A stretch of DNA of 64,000 nucleotides from an uncultured Bacteroidota bacterium (GCA_964535295.1 CAZHUW010000001.1:677-64676); one strand, 5' to 3'; counted from the stretch's first letter, positions 38,738 to 48,959 are shown. The notes: generated from the sequence alone by a model not told the origin. Numbers and translations: made by a program.

Positions 38738-39661
38738 ATGCCCAAAGAATTCAAGATCCTATCCATCGACGGCGGCGGCATCCGGGGCATTTGCCCGGCC
38801 ATTTATCTGGAGCAGATTCAGAAAACGATCGATCGCCCGCTGTACGAATATTTTGATATGATCGCCGGCACTTCGACCGGCGGCGTCATCGGACTGGCCA
38901 TTGCGCTTGGCGTTCCGATCGAACATATCATCAAGGTCCTGCGCGATGGCTCCAGGCGCCTTTTCAAAAGACAATCCTGGGGTTATTTTAAACCTAAGTA
39001 CAAAACTGAAGTTCTGATCCAGGAGATCAAGTCGATGATCGGCGAAACGGCCATTCTTCACGACGCACGGCGGCGTGTTTGCATTCCCTACGTTGACCTC
39101 GCAGAGGGAAGAGCAAAAGTATACAAAACACGGCACCGTGAAGAATTCGTGCGCGATCAGGAACTTCCCGCGTGGAAGGTCGCTGCTTCGACCGCTGCGG
39201 CACCGGTGTTCTTTTCGCCATTTGAAGTTGACGCCGATCGAACCAATGTGGACGGCGGCTTGTGGGCGAATAATCCGAGCGTGGCCGGCCTCACCGAAGC
39301 GTTGCACATGGGCATTCCGGTAGAAAATATCTTGATCCTTTCGATTGGAACAGGCACCAAAGGTTTTCAGAAGATAAAACCAACTATGGGTTACGGACTG
39401 GTAGGCATGTACAATGCGATGATCGATCTGTCGATGCAGGTGCAGTCGGAAAGCTCCAATAACATCGTCAAGTTGATCTGCGGAGAGAATTATCACCGGA
39501 TACAATTCAAGCTGACAGGACCGCACGCTTTCACACTGGACGACGTCGGCAGCCGGCAGGTTCTGGAAACCTGCGCTCTTGAAGAAGCGGCCCGATCGGC
39601 TTACGAAGTAAAAAAAATCTTCTTTTCTTCGATTACAAAACCCTTTGTACCGCTGCCATGA
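38738..39661 (+). CDS. Patatin-like phospholipase.
   Basis: Oxyanion-hole motif LSIDGGGIRG, nucleophile GTSTGG, catalytic Asp in DGGLWANNP. Confidence 0.85.
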   Translation: MPKEFKILSIDGGGIRGICPAIYLEQIQKTIDRPLYEYFDMIAGTSTGGVIGLAIALGVPIEHIIKVLRDGSRRLFKRQSWGYFKPKYKTEVLIQEIKSMIGETAILHDARRRVCIPYVDLAEGRAKVYKTRHREEFVRDQELPAWKVAASTAAAPVFFSPFEVDADRTNVDGGLWANNPSVAGLTEALHMGIPVENILILSIGTGTKGFQKIKPTMGYGLVGMYNAMIDLSMQVQSESSNNIVKLICGENYHRIQFKLTGPHAFTLDDVGSRQVLETCALEEAARSAYEVKKIFFSSITKPFVPLP

Positions 39662-39663
39662 TC

Positions 39664-39984
39664 TTATTTGACCTCATAGGTTTCGCAATGGATTACGCCG
39701 GGTTCAAATTCCAATAAGAATTCATCGTCCTCCGGATAATACACGGCCTTCTCGTAATTCTCACCGGCAAACGCCTTCACGCTTTCCAGATCCTTCCAGG
39801 CGGTCACTGTCCAGAAATGCGCTTTGTCTTTTTCAAGACGTCGCCAGACACGGATGCTGAGATTTCCCGGCGTTTTTTTATAATCCGCAGTGCCTTTATC
39901 CAATAGAAATTCAAGATACGCATCCGCTTTCCCAAGCGCCGTCGTGCCATGCCAGATGCAGGTGATGATGGTTGATGGAGTCAT
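39664..39984 (-). CDS. Small hypothetical protein, possibly a dimeric alpha+beta-barrel (ABM-like) fold.
   Basis: 106 aa with alternating beta-alpha-beta pattern. No diagnostic motif. Confidence 0.35.
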   Translation of the reverse strand: MTPSTIITCIWHGTTALGKADAYLEFLLDKGTADYKKTPGNLSIRVWRRLEKDKAHFWTVTAWKDLESVKAFAGENYEKAVYYPEDDEFLLEFEPGVIHCETYEVK

Positions 39985-40138
39985 AGGTTTACCCTTTTGT
40001 TAATTTGGTTCGATAGTTACGCAAATATGATAAACAGGTTTCTATGAGTCTTCAAACAATTCTCGAAAATTTTGTATCAACTATATGATAGAAATATTTT
40101 GAATGAGGCTAAAGCCTGTTTTTATTAGTTTTCCAATT

Positions 40139-40164
40139 GCCCCACGCTTAAGCGTGGGGCAAGG
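40139..40164. repeat. Perfect 26-bp palindrome TTGCCCCACGCTTAAGCGTGGGGCAA in an intergenic region.
   Basis: Self-complementary around a central TTAA. GC-rich 11-bp arms, no flanking T-tract. Upstream of the sensor-kinase gene and downstream of the convergent 106-aa gene. Confidence 0.5.
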
Positions 40165-40314
40165 ATGAAAAAATCCGGGCTTCAGCCCATCAAATATTCA
40201 TCAGAATTTTTTGAGAGTCGCCAGTATGAATTTTCTCTTGTAATTAACCCGCATGACTTCTTACCTTAATACGCTTATTCAATTCTTTATCATTTACACA
40301 TCGAACCCTACACT

Positions 40315-43300
40315 GTGATTCGGATTTTCTTCAAATCGTTCGTGGCATTCGTCTTTCTTCTTTTTTCAAGAACGGCCGCGTTTGCTCAAACTACCCTCGA
40401 ATTTGACCAATGGACGACTGCGCACGGACTATCTCAGGTCAGCGTATTTGCCATGATGCAGGACCGCGAAGGATATCTATGGTTCGCCACGGAGAACGGC
40501 CTCAATCAATTCGACGGATATCAGTTCACCCATTACACCCATTCTCTTTTTGATTCCAATTCCCTCTCCGATCAACTGGTCTACACCATGATCGAGGACA
40601 ATGATGGGATCATGTGGATCGCCTGTTTCGGAGGCGGACTGAACCGCTTTGACCGGCGTACAGGACAATTCATCCACTACCGCCACGATCCGAAGAATCC
40701 GGTATCGATCAGCAGTGATTTCGTAACCACGCTTTACATCTCTCCCTCTGATCCGAAAACGCTATGGATCGGTACCGACCGCGGCGGGCTGAACCGGATG
40801 GATATGGCCGCAGGTACATTCACACGTTTTATGAATAAAACCGGCGATTCAACCTCGTTGTGCAATGACCGAATCTACGCCCTCAGCGGCGATGAACTCG
40901 GCAACATCTGGGCCGGTACACGCAGCGGGCTCGCGCGGCTTGATATACTAAAAATGGCCTTTACCAATTTTTTTGCAGATCCGAAAAGCGCCAATTCTAT
41001 CAGCCACAATGAGATCTGGCATATTTTCAAAGATCGCGACGGGCTATTATGGATATCCTCTACCGGCGGCCTGACGCGCTGCGATCCGAAAGGCCTGCAA
41101 TTCAAAGTCTATCGCCACGACGCGGCCAATACTAAGTCCCTTCCTCATCAAAAGGTCTGGGCATCCTGCGACGACAGCCGCATCCATAATGAATTCCTCT
41201 GGGTTGGCACCAATCAAGGCCTTGCCCGCATGAATAAACAGACCGGCGAATGTACCGTCTTTCAGCACGAGGATGGCAACCCCCGTAGTATCGGCCACAA
41301 TCAGGTATGGGCATTGTACAACGACCGGCAGGATAATATCTGGATCGGCAGTTTCGGCGGCGGCGTTAACCGTATCAATCGTTCCAAAGAAAAATTCAAT
41401 CACTACCATAACATCGCTTCAGATCCTAATTCTATCCGTCACAATGAAATGTGGTCTCTGTATGAAGATCATAGCGGAAATATATGGGCCGGACACCGCA
41501 AAGGGATCGACGTTTTGAGTTCCGGCGGCAAACGCATCTTATCCATTGACAACGAGAACGGCAATGAGAGCTCTCTTAAGATCAAAGGTACGCGTGTTCA
41601 GGCTGTCACTGAAGATACCGACGGTAACATGTGGTTCGGAACGGACGGCGCGGGGTTATATCGTTTTGATCCGCGTAATAAAAGGATGACCCATTTCCAA
41701 AATAATGATAAAGATTCCTCCAGTTTAAGCCACGATTTCGTTTCTTATATTTATGAGAGTAAGCATGCCGGTGAACGCAGCCTATGGATCTGCACGAACG
41801 GCGGCCTTAACCGGTTTGATCCACGTACCAACAGGTTTACCAGATATAAAACCGATCCTAATAACCCAAAAAGCATCAGCCATGACCGCGTGCGTTTTAT
41901 CACTGAAGACCGGCAGGGAACTATGTGGATTGGCACGTACGGCGGCATCGATAAGTTTGATCAGGTAACCGGCATCTTCACTCATCACGCGCATGATCCG
42001 GAAACAGAAGGTTCCCTCAGCGAAAACAGGGTATGGGTCATTCATGAAGCCACCGATGGGACGTTGTGGGTCGGCACGCATATCGGCCTCAACCGAATGG
42101 ACAAAACAACCGGCCGCTTCACGGTATTCACGGTACGCGAAGGCTTGCCGAGCAATGAGATCTACGGCATTTGCGAGGACGGTTCCGGTAATCTTTGGAT
42201 GAGTACGAGCCGGGGCTTGAGCAAACTGGATCCCCGAACAGAACGATTCACGAATTATTTCGAGGACGACGGGCTGCAAAGCAATGAATTCAACGGCGCG
42301 GTGTTCGCACAGGGACGCAGCGGGCATATGTACTTTGGCGGTATCAATGGTTTCACCGCGTTTGATCCCAAGAACGTAGTTCCGGAGAACGATCCGCCGC
42401 CGGTCATACTCTCCACGTTCAGAAAATTCGATCAGCCTGTATTGAAAGACCGCGCCTTGAACAAATTGTCTGAGATCGAACTCTCTTATGCGGATAATTT
42501 TTTCGGATTTGAATTCTCCACGCTCAATTACCACAATGTAGCGAAAAACCAATACCGTTATCGTCTCGAAGGATTCGATCCGGACTGGATCGCGAGCGGG
42601 AACCGCCGTTACGCAACGTATACCAATCTTGATCCGGGTAATTACCGCTTCCACGTAACGGCAGCCAATAGCGACGGCGTTTGGAATCCGGAAGGCGTTG
42701 TGATCAACGTCCGCATTCTTCCTCCCTGGTGGCAAACATGGTGGTTCCGTTTGCTCGCCGCATCGGCATTGATCGGGCTTATGTTCACCGTCTACCGTAT
42801 CCGCGTGGAAAGGCTTCTCGCGATCGAACGCATGCGCACGCGCATCGCCAGCGACCTCCACGACGATATCGGCGCCACGCTCACCCGTATTGCCGTGGGA
42901 TCGGAAATGATACAGAATTCCAGTGACGGTGAAAAAATAAAATCCCAGGCAGGGCGAATCGGAGAACTCAGCCGTGAAGTGATCCGCACCTTCAGTGATG
43001 TAATATGGTCCATTGATGCCCGAAACGATTCACTGGGCGACCTCGTCGCGCGATTACAGGATACGGCTTATCAGGTTTTATCTGCCAAAGAGATCGCGTT
43101 CACACTGGAACCGCGCGGCTTACAAGACGACAAGGCCCTACAAGTGGATATCCGGCAGAATCTTTATCTTATCTGCAAGGAAGCACTCAACAATATTGCA
43201 AAACATTCCGGCGCCAATATGGTCTCCCTCGTTTTCGAACAGACCGGAGGAGAACTCACTATCACGATCCGGGACAACGGACGCGGCTTGCCTGAAAAAA

Positions 43301-43419
43301 CTCGTGAACAAGGTAACGGGTTGCGTAATATGCGATTACGCGGAGAAAGAATTAACGCAAGCATTTCATGGAAAAACGATAACGGCTGTATCATGGAATT
43401 ACGTTGCCCGATCAGCTGA
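40315..43419 (+). CDS. Sensor histidine kinase with periplasmic two-component-regulator propeller (Reg_prop) repeats and a Y_Y_Y domain, a TM helix, HisKA_3 and HATPase_c domains.
   Basis: Many ~45-aa repeats (G.W.GT..GL..FD....F) characteristic of Reg_prop. TM WWFRLLAASALIGLMF. H-box IASDLHDDIG. G-boxes near the C-terminus. No receiver domain. Confidence 0.9.
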   Translation: MIRIFFKSFVAFVFLLFSRTAAFAQTTLEFDQWTTAHGLSQVSVFAMMQDREGYLWFATENGLNQFDGYQFTHYTHSLFDSNSLSDQLVYTMIEDNDGIMWIACFGGGLNRFDRRTGQFIHYRHDPKNPVSISSDFVTTLYISPSDPKTLWIGTDRGGLNRMDMAAGTFTRFMNKTGDSTSLCNDRIYALSGDELGNIWAGTRSGLARLDILKMAFTNFFADPKSANSISHNEIWHIFKDRDGLLWISSTGGLTRCDPKGLQFKVYRHDAANTKSLPHQKVWASCDDSRIHNEFLWVGTNQGLARMNKQTGECTVFQHEDGNPRSIGHNQVWALYNDRQDNIWIGSFGGGVNRINRSKEKFNHYHNIASDPNSIRHNEMWSLYEDHSGNIWAGHRKGIDVLSSGGKRILSIDNENGNESSLKIKGTRVQAVTEDTDGNMWFGTDGAGLYRFDPRNKRMTHFQNNDKDSSSLSHDFVSYIYESKHAGERSLWICTNGGLNRFDPRTNRFTRYKTDPNNPKSISHDRVRFITEDRQGTMWIGTYGGIDKFDQVTGIFTHHAHDPETEGSLSENRVWVIHEATDGTLWVGTHIGLNRMDKTTGRFTVFTVREGLPSNEIYGICEDGSGNLWMSTSRGLSKLDPRTERFTNYFEDDGLQSNEFNGAVFAQGRSGHMYFGGINGFTAFDPKNVVPENDPPPVILSTFRKFDQPVLKDRALNKLSEIELSYADNFFGFEFSTLNYHNVAKNQYRYRLEGFDPDWIASGNRRYATYTNLDPGNYRFHVTAANSDGVWNPEGVVINVRILPPWWQTWWFRLLAASALIGLMFTVYRIRVERLLAIERMRTRIASDLHDDIGATLTRIAVGSEMIQNSSDGEKIKSQAGRIGELSREVIRTFSDVIWSIDARNDSLGDLVARLQDTAYQVLSAKEIAFTLEPRGLQDDKALQVDIRQNLYLICKEALNNIAKHSGANMVSLVFEQTGGELTITIRDNGRGLPEKTREQGNGLRNMRLRGERINASISWKNDNGCIMELRCPIS

Positions 43420-43474
43420 AGCCCCATTGATATGGGATTGTATGATACCGGACAGAGAATTACATTAAACTATT

Positions 43475-44122
43475 ATGAAAAGTAAAAATACCCCTATACG
43501 TACCGCCATTGTCGAAGACGATGCGGAAATTCGCGGCAATGTTTCTGATTACCTCAAAAATCAGGATCGGTTCGATCTGCAATTCAGTGCCGGTTCCATG
43601 GAAAAAGCGCTTGATGAGTTAAAGAAGAAAAAGATCCCGGATGTACTGCTCCTCGACATCGGCCTTCCGGGTATGTCAGGGCTCAACGGCATTAAGCTCG
43701 TCAAAGAACTTTATCCCGATTGCGACATCATAATGTTCACGGTTCATGACGATCCCAACAGAATTTTCGAGGCGTTGTGTAACGGGGCCTCGGGTTATCT
43801 TCTGAAAAACACACCGTTTTCCGAGATCAGCCGCGCGATCATGGACCTGTATGCGGGCGGCGCGCCGATGTCGCCGCAGATCGCACGTAAAGTGATCCAG
43901 CATTTTAATCCGAGAGCCAAACCGGCACATGTTTCTCCTCTGTCCGATAAGGAACGTGAAGTCGTGGTCGGCCTGGTGGACGGGCTCAGTTACAAAATGA
44001 TAGCCGACCGCCTAGACATTACGATCGAGACCGTTCGCTCACACATCAAGAATATCTACCGAAAACTGCACGTACATTCCAAAGCCGAAGTCATTACCAA
44101 ATCGCTCAAAGGCGAGATATAG
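43475..44122 (+). CDS. NarL/LuxR-family response regulator (REC + LuxR-type HTH).
   Basis: REC with VEDD...LLLDIGLP (phospho-Asp)...FTVH. C-terminal LuxR HTH (EREVVVGLVDGLSYKMIADRLDITIETVRSHIKNIYRKL). Confidence 0.9.
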   Translation: MKSKNTPIRTAIVEDDAEIRGNVSDYLKNQDRFDLQFSAGSMEKALDELKKKKIPDVLLLDIGLPGMSGLNGIKLVKELYPDCDIIMFTVHDDPNRIFEALCNGASGYLLKNTPFSEISRAIMDLYAGGAPMSPQIARKVIQHFNPRAKPAHVSPLSDKEREVVVGLVDGLSYKMIADRLDITIETVRSHIKNIYRKLHVHSKAEVITKSLKGEI

Positions 44123-44350
44123 ATCTTTCCCCTATCTTGAACAAGGTAACCTAAGAACTTTTCAAAGGGCTCAATAAGTGTGAGCATGTCCAATAAAATC
44201 TTTTGTACTTTAAAATACATTTTAGAACAACGTTAGAAGAAACCATTCCATATCCAGGCATTAGCCTATGAATCTTTGATTTTTTTTGACTTTTGAAGAA
44301 TATTTTGATACTTTCACCCGCGCAAAACAAAACATAAACCTTACAACAAA

Positions 44351-45461
44351 ATGATCGAAATCTCCAACATCACTGCACGACTGGAACAAGCCCGCGAAAA
44401 ACTCTCCGACCTTCGGAGGTTTCTTTGACCTCGCTCAAAGAGAAGAAAAAATATCCAATTTAGAAGCCCAAACCACCGTCGCCGATTTCTGGAATAATAA
44501 CCAGCGAGCACAACAGATCATGCAGGAGATTTCATCAGAAAAATCCTGGGTTGAAGGTTGGAAAAAACTTGACGTGCAGTGCGAAGACCTTCACATGCTT
44601 CTCGAAATTGCCGAAGAAGAAAACGATGAGGCCACTCTAAAATCCATTGATTCCGAGTTGACTGAACTCGGCAAGGAGTTATCGAAACTAGAGCTTCGCG
44701 CCTATTTCACGAACCCGGAAGATACCAAAACAGCGGTGCTTACCATTCATCCCGGAGCCGGAGGAACGGAATCCCAGGATTGGGCCGAAATGCTCATGCG
44801 CATGTATCAGCGCTGGGGCGTTAACCGAGGAATGCACGTACAAATACTCGATATTCTTGACGGCGAAGGGGCAGGTATTAAAAGCGTTACCATGGAATTT
44901 ACCGGTGAATTTGCATATGGTCTCTTAAAATGTGAAAGCGGAGTTCATCGTCTGGTAAGAATCTCGCCTTTCGACTCTAACGCACGGCGACACACGTCTT
45001 TTGCCTCCGTATTCGCCATGCCGGAATTGGATGAGGTCGAAGCAAAGATTGAGATCAATCCGTCGGACCTGAAAGTTGATACTTACAGGTCAGGCGGGAA
45101 AGGCGGACAAAACGTTAACAAAGTCGAGACTGCAGTTCGTTTTACCCATATTCCCACCGGGATTGTTGTGGCCTGCCAGAGCGAACGATCACAATTCAAA
45201 AACCGCGAAATTGCGATGAAACTGCTTATTTCTAAATTATATCAGTTGCAAAAACGGAATGAACAGGAAAAGCTTGACAAGATCGAAGCAACAAAATCAG
45301 ACATTGCCTGGGGAAATCAAATCCGATCCTACGTATTACATCCGTATAATCTCGTAAAAGACCATCGTACCGAGATGGAGACAAGCAATACGCAGGCCGT
45401 ACTTGGCGGTGATATTGACATGTTCATTGAAGCCTGTTTAAAAAATAAAATTGTTTCATAA
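44351..45461 (+). CDS. prfB: Peptide chain release factor 2, requiring a programmed +1 ribosomal frameshift at 44423-44429 (CTT TGA C).
   Basis: ORF1 ([25 protein letters not shown]) ends at in-frame TGA 44426-44428. The +1 frame continues [15 protein letters not shown]...SPF...GGQNVN (GGQ motif) to 45461. An internal SD-like GGAGG lies 3 nt upstream of the CTTTGAC shift site, as in E. coli prfB. Confidence 0.85.
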
Positions 45462-45487
45462 GCCCTAACGAAGAACTCTATATCTGC

Positions 45488-47185
45488 ATGAAATCATATC
45501 TGACCGATCGTCTACGAGTAGCTTTGCAATATTTGAACATTGACTATTCCGGAGACATCATCTTTACGCGTACCAAAGATGAAAAATTTGGTAATCTTGC
45601 TACTAATCTGCCAATGACCCTGGCTAAAACGCAAAAAGTGAACCCGCGCGAACTGGCCCAGCAGATCACTTCCGCTTTAATCACGGATACAAGTTTAATC
45701 ACTAAAGTTGAAGTGGCTGGCGGCGGCTTTATCAATTTTTTCTTCAGCACGAATTATCTCTATGCACAATTACGTGATATTCAGCAAAACCTGGCCAACT
45801 TCGGTTCTCACGCTATCGGGCACTCCAAAAAAGTCAATGTCGAGTTCGTCAGCGCAAACCCCACAGGACCTTTAAGTATAGGCCATGGCAGACAGGCAGT
45901 TCTCGGCGATGCGATCGCCAGAATACTTCAGAATGCAGGATTCAGCGTCACGCGCGAGTACTATTTTAATAATGCCGGTGCACAGATGAAAAAACTTGGC
46001 GAATCCGTACGTTTACGTTATCTGGAATTATTAGGCGAGACCGTTACTTTTCCTGAAAAACATTATGAAGGCGAATATATCAAAGATATCGCACAGAAGA
46101 TTTTTGATGAACAGAAAGATGCGTGGCGGAATTCCGACTTTACTCCTTTCAAAAATGTTGCCGAAGACATCCTTTTTGGAGAGATCAAGAAAGTCCTCAA
46201 ACGCATGGACCTGGAGTTTGACGTCTATTTCAATGAGGATTCACTTTATAAAAACGGCGATATCGAACGTCTTGTAAAGGCTTTTAAAGAAAAAGACCTT
46301 ATCTATGAAAAGGAAGGCGCTGTCTGGCTTCGTACCTCCACTTTTCAATATAACCACGGTCCTAAAGCAGAGAATGATAAAGTCATTTTGAAAGCATCCG
46401 GAGAACCAACTTACCGGCTGCCGGACATGGCCTATCACGTCAAGAAATTCGAACGCGGTTTTGATTTCATCATCGACATTTTCGGAGCGGATCACATCGC
46501 TGAATACCCCGACGTTCTTGCGGGACTCAATGCGCTCGGTTATGACACCTCGCATGTGCGCGTTCTGATCCACCAGTTCGTGACGCTGGTCAAAGAAGGC
46601 GAAGTCCTTAAGATGTCCAAACGTAAAGCGAATTATGTAACTATTGAAGAATTGTTGGATGCGCTCGGATCAGATGTGTTTCGTTATTTCCTTGTTATGC
46701 GGAGTCACAACTCGCATTTGAACTTCGATCTTGAGCTTGCCGTAAAGGAAACGATGGAGAACCCGGTGTTCTATGTTCAAAACGCACATGCCCGCGTTTG
46801 TTCGATCGAATCCAAGGCGGCGTCAAAAGGATTTAACCTTGACGATACAATGAACGCAGACCTGACGTTACTAAAATCACCGGAAGAAAAAGATATCATT
46901 CAGAAATTGTTGGAATTTCCTGAGCTAACGCATCGTCTCGCAGAAATTCTCGAAGTTCACCCTCTTACAACTTATTTGGAAGAAACAGCAGGCCTGTACC
47001 ACCGATACCAGACCGCCGGAAAGAAAAATGAGGCACTCCGGGTCATCACCGGCAACCGCGATCTGACTCTCGCGCGTCTCGCCCTCTGTCAGATAACCAA
47101 AGCTGTGATCGCAAAAGGGCTTGACCTCCTGGGAATTTCAGCCCCGACCTACATGGAACGGGACGAAGAAGTTGAAAACCGCTAA
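45488..47185 (+). CDS. argS: Arginine--tRNA ligase.
   Basis: 565 aa. HIGH-type motif SANPTGPLSIGHGR and KMSKR-type motif LKMSKRK. N-terminal Arg-tRNA-synthetase domain. Confidence 0.9.
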   Translation: MKSYLTDRLRVALQYLNIDYSGDIIFTRTKDEKFGNLATNLPMTLAKTQKVNPRELAQQITSALITDTSLITKVEVAGGGFINFFFSTNYLYAQLRDIQQNLANFGSHAIGHSKKVNVEFVSANPTGPLSIGHGRQAVLGDAIARILQNAGFSVTREYYFNNAGAQMKKLGESVRLRYLELLGETVTFPEKHYEGEYIKDIAQKIFDEQKDAWRNSDFTPFKNVAEDILFGEIKKVLKRMDLEFDVYFNEDSLYKNGDIERLVKAFKEKDLIYEKEGAVWLRTSTFQYNHGPKAENDKVILKASGEPTYRLPDMAYHVKKFERGFDFIIDIFGADHIAEYPDVLAGLNALGYDTSHVRVLIHQFVTLVKEGEVLKMSKRKANYVTIEELLDALGSDVFRYFLVMRSHNSHLNFDLELAVKETMENPVFYVQNAHARVCSIESKAASKGFNLDDTMNADLTLLKSPEEKDIIQKLLEFPELTHRLAEILEVHPLTTYLEETAGLYHRYQTAGKKNEALRVITGNRDLTLARLALCQITKAVIAKGLDLLGISAPTYMERDEEVENR

Positions 47186-47191
47186 AAAAAG

Positions 47192-47221
47192 TTGACTTTT
47201 AGGGCAATGATGTGTTACATT
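47192..47221 (+). promoter_or_regulatory. Putative sigma70-type promoter for the PfkB kinase gene.
   Basis: TTGACT (47192-47197), ~18 nt, then TGtTACATT. Overlaps the dyad CAATGatgtgttaCATTG. About 50 nt upstream of the TTG start with a GGAG SD. Confidence 0.3.
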
Positions 47222-47269
47222 GCTCGCCGATTTTAAAGAACAATTTCACTAATTTTTTACGGAGTAAAA

Positions 47270-48178
47270 TTGTCAATATTAGTCGTTGGTTCAGTCGCTC
47301 TGGATTCTGTTGAAACGCCGTACGGCAAAGTCGACGATGCCGTCGGAGGTTCCGCCACTTACTTTAGCGCATCCGCAAGTTATTTTTCACCCGTTAATCT
47401 GGTTGCTGTGGTTGGCACTGATTATCCCATGCATGAGATTGAGTTCCTCAAATCACGGAATGTTGATTTTACCGGTTTACAAGTAGAAAACGGCGAGACT
47501 TTTCGTTGGGCCGGGCGGTATAATTACGATCTTAATCAGCGCGATACGATCTATACGCATCTCAATGTGTTTCAAAATTTTAAACCAATCATACCCGAAA
47601 AATACAAAGATGCCCAATTCGTTTTCTTAGGTAACATTGCCCCTGAATTACAATTCAGCGTTTTAGAGCAGGTTCATTCGCCTAAAATGGTGGCGTTGGA
47701 TACAATGAATTTCTGGATTGAAGGCAGCCAGAAAGCTTTACGAAAGGTCCTAGAACGTGTAGATATATTTATTCTCAATGATGCCGAAGCACGACAGTTG
47801 GCTCATCACACCAATCTGATCAAGGCGGCGAAGATCATCTTTGAAATGGGTCCTAAGGTCATTGTGATCAAAAAAGGCGAGTATGGCGCCGCGCTGCTTA
47901 CAAAAGATTCGCATTTTGTTGTTCCCGCTTACCCTCTGGAAGAAGTGTATGACCCGACGGGTGCCGGAGATACCTTCGCCGGAGGATTTGTAGGATATCT
48001 TGCTAAAACCAACGATCTGAATGACGCCAATCTCAAGCGTGCCGTTGTTTACGGCAGCGCAATGGCCTCATTCTGTGTGCAGGATTTCAGCCTGAATGCG
48101 CTCAAGGACCTCACTTCGGATGAAATCCATGAACGGGTCCTTTCATTCAAATCTCTGAGTCATTTCGATGAACCATAA
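47270..48178 (+). CDS. PfkB-family carbohydrate/nucleoside kinase (ribokinase-like).
   Basis: TTG start preceded by GGAGT. N-terminal VGSVALD...GG.A.N and C-terminal DPTGAGDTFAGGF (DTxGAGD) motifs of the ribokinase superfamily. Confidence 0.8.
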   Translation: MSILVVGSVALDSVETPYGKVDDAVGGSATYFSASASYFSPVNLVAVVGTDYPMHEIEFLKSRNVDFTGLQVENGETFRWAGRYNYDLNQRDTIYTHLNVFQNFKPIIPEKYKDAQFVFLGNIAPELQFSVLEQVHSPKMVALDTMNFWIEGSQKALRKVLERVDIFILNDAEARQLAHHTNLIKAAKIIFEMGPKVIVIKKGEYGAALLTKDSHFVVPAYPLEEVYDPTGAGDTFAGGFVGYLAKTNDLNDANLKRAVVYGSAMASFCVQDFSLNALKDLTSDEIHERVLSFKSLSHFDEP

Positions 48179-48189
48179 AGGAATTCCCC

Positions 48190-48657
48190 ATGAAACTCGG
48201 TGACGTTCTCAACGAAAGCCTAATAAAGATACCGCTTCAACGATTCGACAAAAAAGAGATCATTACAGAAATGATTGATGTCCTTACTGCGTCGGGAAAA
48301 ATCCTCGACAGGGAAAAAGTATTGAATGCGGTGTTGGAACGGGAACAAATGATGAGTACAGGCATCGGAAACAGCGTCGCGATACCTCACGGCAAATCGC
48401 AGGGCGTTCAGGAGTTGGTGGTAGCGCTGGGCATCACGCCGCAAGATGTAAATTTTGATGCGTTGGACGGCAAGCCGGTACGTATCGTATTCATGCTGGT
48501 CGGCCCGGAAAAATCGTCAAGCGTACACATTAAAATGTTATCCCGCATCTCGCGTTTATTGAATCAATCGACCTTCAGAAAAAAGCTGATCGAATCAAAG
48601 TCCGGCGCGGATGTCATGCATATCATCAACGATGAGGAAAAATTATTGGAAGGCTGA
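48190..48657 (+). CDS. ptsN: PTS EIIA(Ntr)-type protein (PtsN / fructose-type IIA domain).
   Basis: 155 aa. Phosphorylatable His in GIGNSVAIPHGKS. PTS_EIIA_2 fold pattern. Confidence 0.8.
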   Translation: MKLGDVLNESLIKIPLQRFDKKEIITEMIDVLTASGKILDREKVLNAVLEREQMMSTGIGNSVAIPHGKSQGVQELVVALGITPQDVNFDALDGKPVRIVFMLVGPEKSSSVHIKMLSRISRLLNQSTFRKKLIESKSGADVMHIINDEEKLLEG

Positions 48658-48659
48658 TA

Positions 48660-48959
48660 CTAAGGAAGTTCGATCTTTGGATGATCTTTGTTGGGCTTGT
48701 AAAGTAACACGGTTCTCCCGATGATCTGAACCAGTGCCGCCTCCGCTCCCCGGTGGATCTTCACTGCAACATCTTCTTTGTCTTCTTCGCATCCATCCTG
48801 AATCTTAATCTTGATCAATTCTTTCGTATTAAAAGCATTTTTCACTGAGACCAGTGTGTTATCGGTTACTCCGGATTTCCCTACCGAAATGATCGGCTTG
48901 ATGCTGTTCCCCAATGCTTGCAGAAATCGTTTTTGTTTACCGGTCAATTCCAGGATCAT
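48660..48959 (-). CDS. yhbY: YhbY/CRS1-type CRM-domain RNA-binding protein.
   Basis: 99 aa. LTGKQKRFLQALGNSIKPIISVGKSGVTD and the GKTVLLYKP-like C-terminus match the CRM domain. Confidence 0.75.
   Translation of the reverse strand: MILELTGKQKRFLQALGNSIKPIISVGKSGVTDNTLVSVKNAFNTKELIKIKIQDGCEEDKEDVAVKIHRGAEAALVQIIGRTVLLYKPNKDHPKIELP

Noticed and set aside
38738-39661. Patatin as part of a CBASS-type anti-phage operon.
   Set aside because: No CD-NTase/SMODS, E1/E2-like, HORMA or Trip13 genes are adjacent. The flanking genes are an Opp-type ATPase and a small unrelated protein on the opposite strand. It was therefore not called a defence system.
44123-44350. Possible Bacteroidetes-type promoter (TTTG ... 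TAnnTTTG-like, tattttgatac) upstream of prfB.
   Set aside because: The match is loose and the organism's sigma-factor preferences are unknown. It is too speculative to list as a feature.
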